DNA of 64,000 bases, taken from Octopus sinensis (taxonomy: Eukaryota). The stretch lies in the NCBI RefSeq assembly GCF_006345805.1, contig NC_042999.1:100688001-100752000 (forward strand), in the 5' to 3' direction. The translations under genes were made by a program, and so were the position numbers. Below, piece by piece: positions 24,504-38,284 of this stretch; within the stretch, counting starts at the first letter, position 1; every line of letters begins with the position of its first letter. The notes beneath the pieces are model-generated. The model searched no databases. It saw nothing but the letters and a program-made list of their open reading frames with translations, and had not been told where the DNA came from.

Positions 24504-24560
24504 GCCATAGTCTGTCACAAACTGTGCACACAAAAAGGTTGTTGAGATTCATTTTCTTAT
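24220..24560 (-). pseudogene. Two C2H2/C2HC-like zinc-finger motifs, probably LINE (RTE) C-termini
   Basis: CTVCDRLWLSFTGLKSHLQTH and CNLCGYLFKTLSSLKGHIRRC. They lack TGEKP-type linkers and resemble the single finger at the end of RTE ORFs. Confidence 0.45.
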
Positions 24561-24669
24561 TGATCATAACATTATTCTTTAAATTTATATGTGTATATAT
24601 ATATATATACATGCATGCATATATACATACATACATATATATCTTAGATCCTGGTAGTGTATAAAACAT

Positions 24670-25110
24670 TTGATTAAATGCTTAACTTTCCAGTAATCTT
24701 AATGAATTGCAAAAATCCAAAGCTCTCACACTGCTTTAATTTCTTTAAATCTTATTTTGATGTCTAGGTATTTCCAGAGAAGGACTCAACCTGAATTCTG
24801 GGCCATCACACAGTTAGATTCCAGCCCAATGCTAAAATTCTCCAAGTGTAGAAAATCCTTGGTTTAAGACAGTAACAAATTTGTGTGGATTTGGCAAAGT
24901 CTAAATTACATTATATATATATGAAACGTTATTTTTCAAATTGCAGAAAATTTGAAATACATAGAAACAGTGTAGCAGAATATTTATTTCTAATACATTC
25001 TGAACTGATGTGTTTTAAATGTTTAACTATCCAGTAATTTTAGTGAACTGCAGAAATCCAAAGCTCCCACACTGCTTCAATTTCTTATAATCTTATTTTG
25101 ATGTCTAGTG
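24670..25110. repeat. Diverged ~95-bp direct repeat (~24670-24768 and ~25012-25108)
   Basis: TTAACT.TCCAGTAAT.TTA.TGAA.TGCA.AAATCCAAAGCTC.CACACTGCTT.AATTTCTT..AATCTTATTTTGATGTCTAG occurs twice. Confidence 0.8.
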
Positions 25111-25895
25111 AAAGGCTTATCTAAGTATTTAGTTTGAAACAAACTAGATGTCTTTGTCTTTGTTCTAAAATTTATGACTGTCATTTGAGTACAGAAATTG
25201 GTCTTATTTTTTAAATCTATCTCAGATTTTATTTCCTTGTAGTCAAAATTGTCTTATTCATATAATTTGAAAAAAATCTACTTATCTTCTTTGCTTTAGA
25301 TGTTCTCTCTAGTATTATACATACATAGGCATAAGTAATTGTACACAAGCTCATATATTTCTATGTATATGGCATAAGTAACTATGGATAGATGAATTTA
25401 TATATATGTGTGTATGTATGTGTGTATGTGTACATATGTGTGTGTTCAGTGAATATTCATAGGTAAGATGCAACAACTTGGGCAAGTGTCTTCCTTTATT
25501 CAACTATATTCATGGGTGAACAAAAGCATTGTGAGCGAATTTGGTAGATGGGAACTGAAAGAAGCCCATTGATTTTCTATCTAGTATTCATTGTTTAGTT
25601 GCCTGTTGATAATGATCTGTGATTTACAGTGAAATCAGATGATACAACACTGCTATCCGCTACTGCTGATGTACTTTCATCAACTGATAGAATTTGTACT
25701 TTTTAGCATTTGTCATCTCCACAAGATTTCTCAAAATGTTTACTGCTGTCTACAACATTATAAACAACATATCCAAGTTAAGTTGGATGTGCTAATTAAT
25801 ATTCATTATAAAGGCTGCTTCTGCTGTCTATAGCTAATCTACATGCATTCATACATACATACATACATACATACATACATACATACATACATACA

Positions 25896-25926
<31 letters not shown>

Positions 25927-25954
25927 GTATGTGTGTGTGTATATGTGTTACTGT

Positions 25955-26200
25955 GAAAATGGATGAGCACTCCACAGACACGTGTACCCTTAACGTAGTT
26001 CTCAGGGTATTCAACATGACACAGAATGTGACAAGGCTAGCCCTTTGAATTATAACTACCACTCATTTTTGCCAGCTGAGTTGACTGGAACAATGTGAAA
26101 TAAAGTGCCTTGCTCAAGAGCACAATGTACTTTCAGGAACTGAACTCACGACCCTATGATTATGAACCAAATATATTATTCACTAAACCACACATTTTCT
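25955..26200 (-). mobile_element. tRNA-derived SINE type C
   Basis: GAGCACTCCACAGACACGTGTACCCTTAACGTAGTTCTC...GTGAAATAAAGTGCCTTGCTCAAG; homologous to 53940-54253. Confidence 0.75.
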
Positions 26201-26869
26201 GAAGTACATGAGGTGTTTCTGGGTGTCTCTGACAGTGTAACATGTAGTGCTCTTTGAAGTGGTTCATGTACTTTGGTCCTCACTGACACCCAGCTCTCAC
26301 CTGTGGCTCATCAAAGTTGTCTGCATGCAACAGTGGCTATACCCTGGGCAACAGCCTCCACAGGTCAAATAATCTATGGTGAGTGAAGCCAATGGGTCTC
26401 AAACTTTTGGTGAGCTAGGGCTTGTCTACCTATGCATGTGAAAACTGGACCCAGTGGAATGTGCAGAGGAAACCGCCATTTGATTCAATGGGCAGAAGGA
26501 CAGTTCATCAAGCATTGTGGAGTGCAAACAGGGCACAGTGGGAAATGAAGGACACTGTAGCCATCCACTGCATACCAACCTATCTCTAGTCACGTTTACT
26601 TCATCCTGCCACTGGAATCATTTAGGAAGGAACAAGAGAGTGAGGCAGATGATGTTGTACAGCCCCCACTTACCTTAATGCATATCATACATAAGTCAAG
26701 ACATCACTCCATCCCAGACTCACCTTGAAGTCCTGTGGTGATGAGTGAATGATGAAGTAACATGTGTGGATGCACTGGAAACTGTAGTTACAAATCTACA
26801 TAGAAGTGGCCCAGTGCATAGGGTCATTCACCACTAAATTAAAACAATAGTAGAGCTTAGCTGCCCACT

Positions 26870-28340
26870 GGGTTTCTGAGCAGCCCACTTTATGATCATT
26901 CTGCTCACCTCCATGGCCTGAGGAAAGGGCAAAAAACATGTCCTAAACATAGCCTGCTTCACCTCACCCAGGCCTGCATACCACGGCAAGTGGGAATCCC
27001 AAACATGCAGTTGAACCATCAAGATGAAAACATTAGTGAAATCACTCACAACTGGCACATGGAATGTGCAAACTCTCATGGACAGTTCCAAAGCCAACAA
27101 ACCTGAGAGACAAACAGAACTTGTTGCAAGATAACTCAGCAGATACAACATCCATGTTGCAGCTCTAAGCAAAACCAGGCTTCTGGAGTGGCTGCAGTAG
27201 TAACAAATTCCATGAAGCAACAGTGGATTCTGCCATTGGATTAATCTGATCAGCAAGCTAACCAACCTCCCCAAAGAACTTAATAACTGACTGATGTCTC
27301 TGTAGCTCTTCCTCAGTGCTTATGCCTCCATCACAACTAACCTAAGGAAGTCAAAGACAAGTTTTATGATGACTTGGAAGCCTTCCTAGTAGCTGTACCT
27401 AAGGAAGACAATCTCATCATTCTTGGCAACTTCAACACCAGAGTTGGTACAGAATACCAGACATGGGAAGAAGTTATTGAAATGGAGAATTGGGGTTGGC
27501 AAGAGAAACAATTATCTACTGCTGAAGACCCAACCACAGTGAGACATCCTGGATGCATCAATGCAGTAAACATTAACATCTAATTGACTAGGTACCCAGA
27601 AAACAGAGATTGTTACCAGCCTATCCCACAGAAGCCATATGTGGAAGTAGCTATCATTGTCAAAGAGGGAACCCTGAAGGGTCTTAATAAGCTCATGTAC
27701 CTTGACAGCACATTCTCCAGATATGTGAACCTTGATAATGAAGTTGATACACATCACCAAAAGAAGCTCAGCATTTGTGCAGCTACATGAATCAAGATAG
27801 GAGAGGAGAGACATTAGGCTGCCACCAAGTTGAAGATGTACAAAGCAGTTGTATTGGCTACTCTACTGAATTCCTGTGAGACTTTGACAGTTTATGAACA
27901 TCATGGCAAAAAGCTAAACCACTTCCACATGAACTATCTGAGAAAGCTGTTGAAAATCACCTGGCAAAACAAGGTCTCAGACACAGAGATCCTCTCTTAA
28001 GCTCATCTACCAAGAATTTACACATTGCTTAGAAGAATGTAAGTCAGGTGGACAAGCTACCTTGTCCAAGTGATTGACACAGACCTCCCCAAGACGTTGT
28101 TTTACAGCGAACTGGTAGAAGGAAAACATACACAAAGTGAACAGAAAAAGCACTTCAAGGACACACTCAAAGTTTCATTGAAGAGCTTTGAGATCAACTT
28201 CCTAACATCTGGGAAATACAAGTGCAAGACTGCGCTACTTCACAAAGACACACCAATAGAGATGTAACCTCCTACAAACAGAATAGGACTGCAGGGGCAC
28301 AAAGAAAATGCTAATTGTGCAAGTCCAGAGCCAACTCCTC
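26870..28340 (+). mobile_element. Internally deleted RTE (BovB-like) LINE
   Basis: APE motifs TWNVQTLMD, VAAL.KTR, DKFYDDLE..L..VPKED.LIILGNFNTRVG, joined to C-terminal TKLKMYKAVVL.TLL.SCET, LPKTLFYSELVEGK, KHFKDTLKVSLKSF; most of the RT core is missing. Confidence 0.88.
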
Positions 28341-28630
28341 ACCTTCAGTTCCAGCAGACCTCCTTCACGGTCCTTCCCAGTCCATAGACTTATAAGGATG
28401 GTTTCCTGGATTCTGTAGTGTATATGTTCCTCACCTGGATAAGATGCTTGTCCATTGCAGGATTACTTATTTTGGGGTTGCTGAGTAGACTGGAGCATAG
28501 TGAAATAAAGTGTCTTGCTCAATAACACAAGTCCGGGAATTGAAACTGCAATCTTATGATCATAAGTGCAACACCCTGACTACTAAACCATTCACATTTA
28601 TGTGTGTGTGTGTATGTATGTATATGTGTG

Positions 28631-29005
28631 GAGGCGCAATGGCCAGTAGTTAGGGCACTGGACTTGCAGTCATAGAATCGCAGTTTCAATTCCCAGATTG
28701 GGTGTTGTGAGTGTTTATTGAGCGAAAACACCTAAAGCTCAACGAGGCTCCAGCAGGGAGTGGTAGCAAGCCCTGCTCTACTCTTTCACCACAACTTTCT
28801 CTCGCTCTTTCTTCGTGTTTTTGTTGTACTTGTATTTCAAATAACCAGCCTTGTCACAATATGCATCACACTGAATCTCCCCAAGAACTACTTTAAGGGC
28901 ACAAGTATCTGTGGAGTGCTCAGCCACTTGCCCATTAATTTCACAAGCAGGCTGTTCCATTGATTGGGTCAAATGGAACCCTCATTGTCGTAACCAACAG
29001 AGTGC
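28631..29005 (+). mobile_element. tRNA-derived SINE type B, full length
   Basis: GGAGGCGCAATGGCCAGTAGTTAGGGC...TTTCAATTCCCAGA...TTGTCGTAACCAACAGAGTGCC; inverse copy at 34270-34640. Confidence 0.88.
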
Positions 29006-29079
29006 CATAGAAATATATATGTGTATATATATATATATGTTTGTGTGTGTGTATATATATATATATTATATATATATAT

Positions 29080-29111
<32 letters not shown>

Positions 29112-29126
29112 ATATATTATATATAC

Positions 29127-29181
<55 letters not shown>

Positions 29182-29914
29182 GTATGTATGTATGTATGTA
29201 TGTATGTATGTATGTATGTATGTATGTATGTATGTATGTATGCACGTATGTAAATGAGTTAAGTGCATACCAGATATTTATGTAAGCATCAAAACAGATT
29301 AACTGAATACATGTGAAAGGAAGTGTATTGAATCAACATGTATGTACAAGACTACCTCGACATATGACAATAGTTTGAATAGACATTTCCCTTTGAGGAA
29401 AAGTCTAACTAGCATACCATTAATTAAATTTCATTCAAATTATCAAAAACCAAATTCTTATATCAGATTTATTTTTTGTGTGTAATGTTTGTTCAGTATA
29501 TTTTACTTTTATATTTTCACATGATAACCAGTTTTACTAAATTTTCATGTCAGCATATTGCAGTTGATGAGTTAAGAGAAAAGAGAAAGCAAGTTGAGGT
29601 TTAGATAATTGCAAAAGAGGAATTCCAGTATGTATCTCTTTCTTGAGAATCATATAAAATAGTTTGTAAGTATTTTATTGATTTAATATCTTAAGCTTTT
29701 TGTAGAGATGAATGCATTAGTGTTGCCAAATCTATGCCATAACTCTACATTGATTCCCACTTGTAGACATTTCACTAATGTTTTTCAGAAATGTTCTTGA
29801 AAAGGATTTTTAGAACTGTATAGATGTATCACAATTCAATTTCTCTTCTACAAAAATGCTCCTTTTTATTCTTTTGCAGATTTCATTTCCACAGACATGC
29901 ATACTCTTAATATA

Positions 29915-30102
29915 GTTCTCAAGGAGATTCAGTGTGACATGGAATGTGACAAGGCTGGTCCTTTGAGTTACAGGTGCTACTCATTTTTGTCAGCTGAGTG
30001 GACTGAAGCAGTGTGAAATAAAGTGTCTTGCTCAAGGCCACAACTTGCTGCCAGGAACTCGTGATCTTAAATTTGTGAACTGAATACCCTGACCACTAAG
30101 CC
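29915..30102 (-). mobile_element. tRNA-derived SINE type C
   Basis: GATTCAGTGTGACATGGAATGTGACAAGGCTGG...AAAGTGTCTTGCTCAAGG...CCACTAAGCCA. Confidence 0.75.
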
Positions 30103-30269
30103 ATGTTTTAGTAACATCATGTCTCATTGGAAGGTTATGGCTTGATGACATTTTTAGGCACTCACATCACAGACACTTGCTCACACACAAGTGTGAGTGT
30201 GTGTTGTGTGAGTGCCTAAAAATGTCATCAAGTCACAACCTTCCAATGGGACATGAAGTTACTAAAACA
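30103..30269. repeat. Inverted repeat, ~65-bp arms around a CA/TG-rich loop
   Basis: TGTTTTAGTAAC.TCATGTC.CATTGGAAGGTT.TG.CTTGATGACATTTTTAGGCACTCACA and its reverse complement; 4 mismatches in the outer 62 bp. Confidence 0.9.
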
Positions 30270-30760
30270 ATATACAATGCCATCTAAAAGAAACAAAACT
30301 GTCCTGACATAAATGTTGAGAATCCTCCTGTTATTGAAAACATACATAAACATCAACACTAAGAATATTAATTGAACATTCTCATCAAAACATCAACCAA
30401 GTGCAAACATAACTCACTGGTTATAGCTGTTTAGGGCAAGCAAGAAAAATATGTATTCTCATAGTGGTCAGCTGCCCTACTGATGTGAATATCTCTTTGA
30501 AAAGCAAAGTGAATGAGAATAGCTATGAACAACTGTTTCAAAAATTCCAGTTTTTATATCCAGGTTATAAATTCAGAATTATACCAATAATAATGTGTGC
30601 ACTTGGTTTTGTGGGTAAATGCCTAAGAGACAATCTGGATAAGCTAGGGTTTTCAGAAGAAATTAACCAGCTAATACACACACTACAAATACAATTTTAT
30701 TAGCAGAACATTATAAATATGCAAGATTTTTCTCAAGTTCAAAATGTGAATTTTTTTTTT
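30270..30760 (+). mobile_element. 3' end of an R4/Dong-like non-LTR retrotransposon (restriction-like endonuclease domain)
   Basis: IKTSTKCKHN, VVSCPTDVNI..K..ENSYEQL....FLYPGYKFRIIPIIMCALG...L..LGF: the PD..E.SCP.D.N...K..Y..L...IP+I+GALG block of RLE-type LINEs. Confidence 0.7.
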
Positions 30761-31274
30761 GTTATCTTCATTCCAACAATGGAGCTTTGTATCTTTGTCA
30801 GAAATCAGCTTCTTCCTTACAGGAATACTTCAAATAATTGAAAATAGAAAGAGCATATGACAGAGACATGCATATATATGACACAGTTTCCACATCCAAA
30901 TTCACTCTCAAGACATTGGCCAGTTCAGGGCTATAATAAAAGACACATGCATAAGGTACTATGCAGTGGGGCTAGACTTAAAGCCATGTGATTACAGAAG
31001 TGAACTTCTTAAATAAGTTACCATGCTTCTGCTTTTGTTTGGTTCAGCATTTCATGCAAAGGGTAGCAGTAATTTTTTGTTAAATCTCCAGTACACCATA
31101 AGATCAAAAATATTAAGAATCACTGCAGTAAGACATGATTGTTGGAGATTTGGTTGTTATTTCTAGAATGATCAAACAATCAAATAAAGGCTCTTTCATT
31201 GGCTTCTTGAGTTGATAGGTAAAATTGCAATAGACAGTTGTTGACTGCCATGACACTGCATCCTTTAAGGCCCT

Positions 31275-31357
31275 CATGCTTTCCGAAATCCGCCGAAACT
31301 ACACCTGATTATATATACACTTTAGATGAGTTGTAGTGCACCTGAGCACTGTACACA

Positions 31358-31390
<33 letters not shown>
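31275..31390 (+). mobile_element. Extreme 3' end of a CR1/L2-like LINE with (ATT)n tail
   Basis: CATGCTTTCCGAAATCCGCCGAAACTACACCTGA...GTAGTGCACCTGAGCACTGTACACAATTATTATT; same tail as 46450-46860. Confidence 0.75.
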
Positions 31391-31413
<23 letters not shown>

Positions 31414-31445
31414 ATATCAATATTTTCTTCAGAGTTATCAAATGT

Positions 31446-31629
31446 TTAACCTTTTAGAATTTCAACCCACCATATCTGGCCTTTCATACACACCCTATAA
31501 TGTCATTTTAAAAATAAACAATCACAGCATTGAAATTTCTAAGTTCTGAGATAGTGCATGATCAATTCAAGGCAATGCAAATAAATAGGCATTACATTTG
31601 ACAGAGTAATCTAAATGCTAAAGGGTTAA
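31446..31629. mobile_element. piggyBac-type MITE
   Basis: TTAA-CCTTTTAG...CTAAAGGG-TTAA termini; related copy at ~60940-61162. Confidence 0.7.
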
Positions 31630-31859
31630 AGATTTCAACAGAAAGAAAATATCCATTGTAAGCATTATGCAGTGATCACTGGCAATAATATCATAATAGA
31701 GAAATAAAAACTCATGTGCTCAGAATATAATATGATAATCTACAGGTAATTATTGGGGTGTCATTACTAATAATGAAATAGAATGAGAAATTTATATGTT
31801 CAGGATATTTTCATTTCCAAAACACCAACAACAACAAAAAAGAAACTGATGATATTCAA

Positions 31860-31992
31860 CATTATAACCAGCATCAACATCATCACTACCACTGTCACAA
31901 TCATCACTGTTGCTGCCATTGCTGCCGCTATTGCTGCCACCACCACCACTACCACCACCACTGCCACCACCACCGCCACCACCACCACCACC

Positions 31993-32023
<31 letters not shown>

Positions 32024-32350
32024 CCACCACCACCACCACCCACCACCACCACCACCACCACCAGCACCACCACCACCATCAACACCACCAGCACCAGCAC
32101 CACCACCAGCACCACCACCAGCACCACCACCACCACCACCACCACAGATGCTGCTGTCACTGCCATCACCTCTGCCACCACCACCACCACCACCACCACC
32201 ATCACCATTGTGTTTGTTGGTGTTAGTAGTAATACTGCTGAAAATGCTGTTGCTGCTGCTGATGATGATGTGAAAGCTGAAGGTATTAGGGGTATCTGTG
32301 ATGATTCTGATAGCAACAACAACAACAACAACAATAACAATAATAATAAT
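31860..32350. repeat. Compound (CAC)n/(CAG)n/(AAC)n trinucleotide repeat
   Basis: Direct inspection; source of the poly-T/P/H/G ORFs. Confidence 0.95.
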
Positions 32351-32489
32351 GAGCTCATTTTATACACTTCTCAGTTACACTACTATTTGTTGAAAATGGT
32401 TAAAAGAAAAGACAGAGAGTCGTCTTATAAGTCAACTAAAGAAAGATATCAATGAAAGCTAAAAGTACATGTACAGTACACAGAATAAA

Positions 32490-32720
32490 ACACAAAAATG
32501 GCAGAAAAGTGAACATTAAAAGACTCATAAAAAGGAAAGAGTACATAAGGCATATCAGGAGTAGTGTTAACAACTTTCAGGAAGGATAGAATTTTTGAAG
32601 GATGCAGTGTCCTTACACTTAACAATGGATATAGGAAGTTTATTCCATGTTTCAGCAATCCTGAAGAAAAAAAGATGTTTCCAAAAGTCATGGATGCCAC
32701 ACTGTTTTTTGATTTTATAA
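32490..32720 (-). mobile_element. CR1/L2-like LINE C-terminal fragment
   Basis: HDFWKHLFFFRIAETWNKLPISIVKCKDTASFK matches the RK.FF..RV...WN.LP..+V...S...FK motif. Confidence 0.78.
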
Positions 32721-33454
32721 GCAGGTTTATGAGTGGGAGAGGAACTCATCATGATGATCATCATCGTTTAACATCTGCTTTCCATGCTAGCATGGGTTGA
32801 ATTCAAAAAAGTGATCAAAGTTGTTGGAGAAGTTGTTGGTGGATAATCTTGTGGGCTTCCACCAAGCCAGCTGCTAAATATTGAAATTTTAGTGTGTTTA
32901 TTCTCAGAGAAGCAATATATTCAAAATATGGTAAATGATCGACAGAGGGTATTCGTCTGGTTGCACATCTCTGGACAGCTTCCAGCAGATCGATATTCAG
33001 GACAAGATGGGTATTTCAGATTGAAGATGCAAACTGTAAGTGTGGATGTACTATAGCCATATATAGCTTTAAGCAGATAGCTGGTGAGTGACTGACAAAA
33101 GTCTTATCAAGTGATGTTCAGATGTTCATAGCCATCTTGATAATGATGACAACAAAGATGATGATGATGACACTGACACCACCGCTGCTGCTGCTGTTGA
33201 TGATGAAGGAAAAAGTTGAAGATAGTTGTTTAGTGTTTGTCTGGAGGGAATTTTATGTTATTACAAATGTTGAGACTCAAGAGTGAAAGAAGAAAAAACA
33301 AACAAAAGAGGAAGGAAGTTATAAATGTGTTTGTGTATCTACAAATGTGTGTATGTATACAAGTATATATATATATATATAGCTGTCTTTCACTCTCTCT
33401 CTTTGTATTTATCTCTCTCTCTCTCTCTACTTTCCATCTATATGTATGTATGCA

Positions 33455-33745
33455 TGCATCATCATCATCGTTTAACGTCCGCTTTCCATGCTAGCATGTG
33501 TTAGACATTTTGACTGAGGACTGGCAAGCCAGGAGGCTGTACCAGGCTTCAATCTGTTCTGGCAAGGTTTCTACAGCTGGATGTCCTTCCTAACAACAAC
33601 CACTCCAAGAGTGTAGTGGGAGCGTTTTACATGTCACCAGTACGGGGGGGGGGGCTAGTCAGGTGGCACTTGCATCAACCACACACGAATGGTGCTTTTA
33701 TGAGCCACTGGTATGGAAGCCAGTCAGGCAGCACTGGCATGTATG
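33455..33745 (-). mobile_element. 5'-truncated RTE LINE 3' end
   Basis: CATCATCATCGTTTAACGTCCGCTTTCCATGCTAGC... Confidence 0.78.
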
Positions 33746-33799
33746 TATGTATGTATGTATGTGTGTGTGTATGTATGTATGTGTGTATATAAATATATG

Positions 33800-33844
<45 letters not shown>

Positions 33845-34269
33845 TAAAAACAAGTTAAAAATATGAAGATATATGTATGTACATATATATACATGAATAT
33901 ATGTATGTACACACACATACACATTTATACACATCACTTGTAAATGAAACTACAAATAAATACTTCTCACTTGTAGAATAAAAACAGTGAAAAATGAAAG
34001 ATAAATATGTCGGAAAAATAAAAAAGGGAGGAAATAACAGATTTATGTTGACATTTTTAGCCTGTCTGTTCTCAAAGTGTTAATGTAGAATGGATATTTT
34101 GCTTTAATCACTGATGTCTACTTTTTTGTCAATAAATACATAAATAAATAAATAAATAAAAGACATAAAAATGAAAAATAGAAAATAATAAAATGAACAG
34201 CACAATCATTTTTTTCCTCTTCTTTATTTTCTATAACAACTTGTTTTCTTTTGCTCAAAGGTGGCTGTT

Positions 34270-34640
34270 GAAGTAGTTGCACTCTGTCGGTTACAATGAC
34301 GAGGGTTCCAGTTAATCCAATCACTGGAACAGCCTGCTTGTGAAATTAACGTGCAAGTGGCTGAGCACTCCATAGACACATGTACTCTTAACGTAGTTTT
34401 TGGGGAGATTCAGCGTGACACAGAATGTGACAAGGCTGGCCCTTTGAAATACAGATACAACAGAAACAGGAAGAAAGAGTGAGAGAAAGTTGGGGTGAAA
34501 GAGTTAGAGCAGGGTTCGTCACCCCACCACCTGCTGGAGCTTCGTGGAGCTTTAGGTGTTTTCACTCAATAAACATTCACAACAACCAGTCTGGGAATCG
34601 AAACCGTGATCCTACGACCGCAAGTCCACTGCCCTAACCA
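34270..34640 (-). mobile_element. tRNA-derived SINE type B, full length
   Basis: Reverse complement of the 28631-29005 family. Confidence 0.88.
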
Positions 34641-35599
34641 TTATGCCATTGCACCTCCACTTGAAGTAGTAGCTTTGACTGAATTGAAATATTCTTTTCA
34701 TCTTTTACTGGTTCCAGTACAAGAGCTGGAAGTATGCTGGGATACTTAGTGTATAACTAGTACTTAATGTATTGCTGTTCTCCCCCACCACACATATTTT
34801 CCTGAAGAAGATTAAAGGCAATATCAACCTTGACAAGATTTGGACGTAGAAAATAATAAACCCAGCACCTGTCACCTAAAACAAAAAGCTACATAAAGCA
34901 AGACAAGTATTTTGTGGTTGTCCCAACAGGAGTTCAATGTTGAAGCCATTCTACCACTTTCTTGGAATTGTTCCATAGATGTAGTTTTTTTTAAATTAGT
35001 AGTATTTGCTGTGCAATTCTGCATGTACCCACCTCTTTTTCTGTTGAAGGCATTCTCCTTTATTGAAACTGGTCAAGTAGTAGAAAATCACTTTATAATA
35101 TTTGAGGTTAGTTGCTTCAAAATTGTGTCTTCTGCTGTCAGAAAAGTCTTTGAATTGCAATTTTTTTGTTTCCTATTAGTAACAAATTTTTAAACTACCT
35201 GAGTTCTTCTGAATCCTGTGAATAGAATTATCTTTATGTTTTCATTTGTAGTTCAAATTTGATGATAATTGGAGATAAGAGTGACTTCTGTTGTGGCATT
35301 GAAAGCATTCAAGGCAGTATAGTGGAGCCAGAGGGTATAAATATGGTCATACTGTCAATATTTTTGTCTCACAATGTAGATGATTTTTCACCTACCATTT
35401 TGAGGAAAACTATGGCTACTTGAAGAGTTGCAGTTTGAACAGATTGACTTGAAAAGCATTTCATAGATTGTTGCAATTGTGAAATTGTTCTGCTTCCCCC
35501 AACATCAACTACTTTCAGCCAGTGATTTAAGAGTAGTTTTTCTCTATTGAGTATGACCTGTTTTTCTTCTATAATGTGACAAAAATGAAAACACTTTAT

Positions 35600-36120
35600 C
35601 TCCAAAGATAGTGTTTGGCCAGAATCTTGGATTTGGAAATGAAGATGGAACTGAATAGTTTAAGGAGTGTTCACTCCTCAAAGTCACGGTCAATTTTGGA
35701 GTTGACAGTTCTAACACTCTACCAACAAAATAGAGTTCTAGAACCATATTCAAAATGGAGTGTAATTTGTTCAACCAAACTTGCCCAAGGTATTGTCCTC
35801 ATGACCAAGTTTTCCCCGGCAGTGCTCTCTTGTCTCAGCCATCATCTCACCATTGTTATGTTATTGTAGACTACTGTTATTATGCCACACCCTCACCTTG
35901 TATTGACTGGTTAAGTTGATTTTATTCATAACTATTCCATATATCAGATATTATCACTAATATAGAATGTTGTACTTTATACATGACAAGCTTCTACATA
36001 TTCATATTAACAATCACAGCACATTTGGTGCACTACTACCATCATCCCCATTCAATATATGTTGCCACTAAAACAACAGGCACCACAATTTTACCATATT
36101 TGTTTGATTGATTAATTGCC
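35600..36120 (+). pseudogene. Possible highly degenerate Penelope-like reverse-transcriptase relic
   Basis: SILELTVLTL..N, QGIVLMTKFSP, a frameshifted F-H-Y-I-D-I-like block (~35936-35956) and HPHSIY...ILPYLFD*LI occur in the order of PLE RT motifs; all are weak matches. Confidence 0.33.
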
Positions 36121-38229
36121 TGTCTGCTCTGATACTTGAGACACAATTGAAGCAAGGAAGTCTGAAAATTTTTTATAATTATCAATGATTACTTGATAAA
36201 AGGTATTGTTTTAAACATTTTGCGAGTTTTACTTTAAAATGAATTTATTAAGATGCTAAAGTATATGGTGCATCTCTATTCAGCATATCATCATATGCTG
36301 CAAAGCTCTAGTGCTTGATGGAAAACAATCCACGAAAATGAAATGCAACAGAAATTAGTTCATGCATATACAGTTGCATAGCAACATAATTTCTTTCAGA
36401 TATTGTCAGCCTATGAGAGTTAATAGTTATGTAAAATATTTTCAGATACTAATTCCATATGGAGAGATAAACATTCCATTGTTTTAACTCATTAATGTTT
36501 TGGTTAATATTAGTTCAAATATTTCTTCTGGTTATTATAATACTATGTGTAGTATGTATGAGTATATATCACATATAGTTTAGAAATATGTTTTATGCAG
36601 GACCAATCTTGACTGATAGGGAATCTGTCTATGACTCAATGGTCTACTGCTTGTTATTGCTTCAGTGATGCCTTATTGTGATCATCTTTGCTATATACAA
36701 TTCTGTTTGAACCAGTTCAACTTGTTATAAATTGGTTGTTGTTGTTGTTTAATACCCGATTTTCTTTGATATAGCACACGTATGATCCAAAACATTCAAG
36801 CCATGACTATTCCAGTCTTTTGTAAATCTTGGATTATATTGTTAAATAAGTCCATTCTTTTTAGATAGCAGGATATTGTTTGAGGGAGATTTGGGTACTA
36901 TACCCAGCAAACTGTACAGCCACATAAAGGCTGCCTCTCCACATCTGTAGTGTAGAGATAGATACAGTTGTCTGTTGTCAACTGTTATCAGCAACAAATG
37001 TTAAGTTTGACTTCAGTACTTAACCAAATATTCCTCCATAACTCTTGAGACAAGAATTTCCCTCCTTAAATCTCCATATTCAGTTAAAATCATCAGTGGT
37101 TCTTCCATAAATCAAGTCACTATTAGATTTCATACATTTTTAACATTTTGTCCCCATTATAGCACTCAGCACCGTTATCAATGCAGTTGATGTGTAAGTT
37201 ACTAGAAATACAACCGAACCTCCCTAAAATTACCTTACCATCTTAAAAAAAGGACATGCAAGATGATATTATTCCTAGATACATCATGTCTTACAAAAAG
37301 ATGGGATGGTCATAGAGGGAAAGCTTTTGATCATGATTGGTGGATCAGAGCTGTCTGAGACTGAACAGTGGCAGCAGCCCTGAGAACCTGGATCAAACAT
37401 AACTTTACTAAATCTGCCTGTAAAATGGTTAAAAGAAAAGGGGAACCTCTCTCTGGTCTCTCAATTTGCTGGAAGTAGCAGCTAAGTCACCATCTGTTGT
37501 ACCTATTTGTCTTGAAAGGAAGAGTGCCATACCTGAGGATGAATTGCACTGGTAACCTATGAAACATTTTAATGTTATGTAAGATATACCTGATGTGCTT
37601 TAGAAACAACTGTAGTACTTGACAACCCCTTTCATCCTTTTTATATACAGATCTATTTATCAATTTATAACCAGTGTTTGTTTCTTTTGAAATAGAATTA
37701 TATAGCATCTAACACCTAACTGGAATTTTCTGTCAAAGCTTGATCAAGAGCAAATTGTATTTGATGCATTGATAAATAGATTTTATTGATCAGTTAACAA
37801 GTCTCTTGTATTTTCTATACAAGCCATGTTTATGCTAAGGACCAGCCAAGTTGTACCAAGATCACTCAACTGATCCTACTTACTATATTGTGATTATATA
37901 TAAATATATATATGTGTGTGTATACACCCCTCATTACATATATATATATGTATGTATATGTGTATGTGTGTATATTTGTGTGTACCCTTGTCACATGATG
38001 GTTGTAGAAGAGTATTATCATCATGCAGCAAGGTTGTTCATTTCCAGTCTTCTGTGAAAAACACCTGTGCTTATGAAGAAATATTACCTTCTTGAAAATA
38101 GGTGAGAGCTGGCAACAAACAGGAAGGGCATCAGACCATAGAAAATAAGCCTCAAATAATCTTCATCTGACACATGGAACCATAGAAAATGGATGTTAAA
38201 GGATGATGATGATGATGATGATGATGACA

Positions 38230-38260
<31 letters not shown>

Positions 38261-38284
38261 TTGAGTCATCACAACTGTCTTCTG

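Noticed and set aside
24220-24560. Member of the octopus C2H2 zinc-finger gene expansion
   Set aside because: The fingers are isolated, lack canonical linkers and are separated by a stop; a LINE C-terminal origin is more parsimonious, though not proven.
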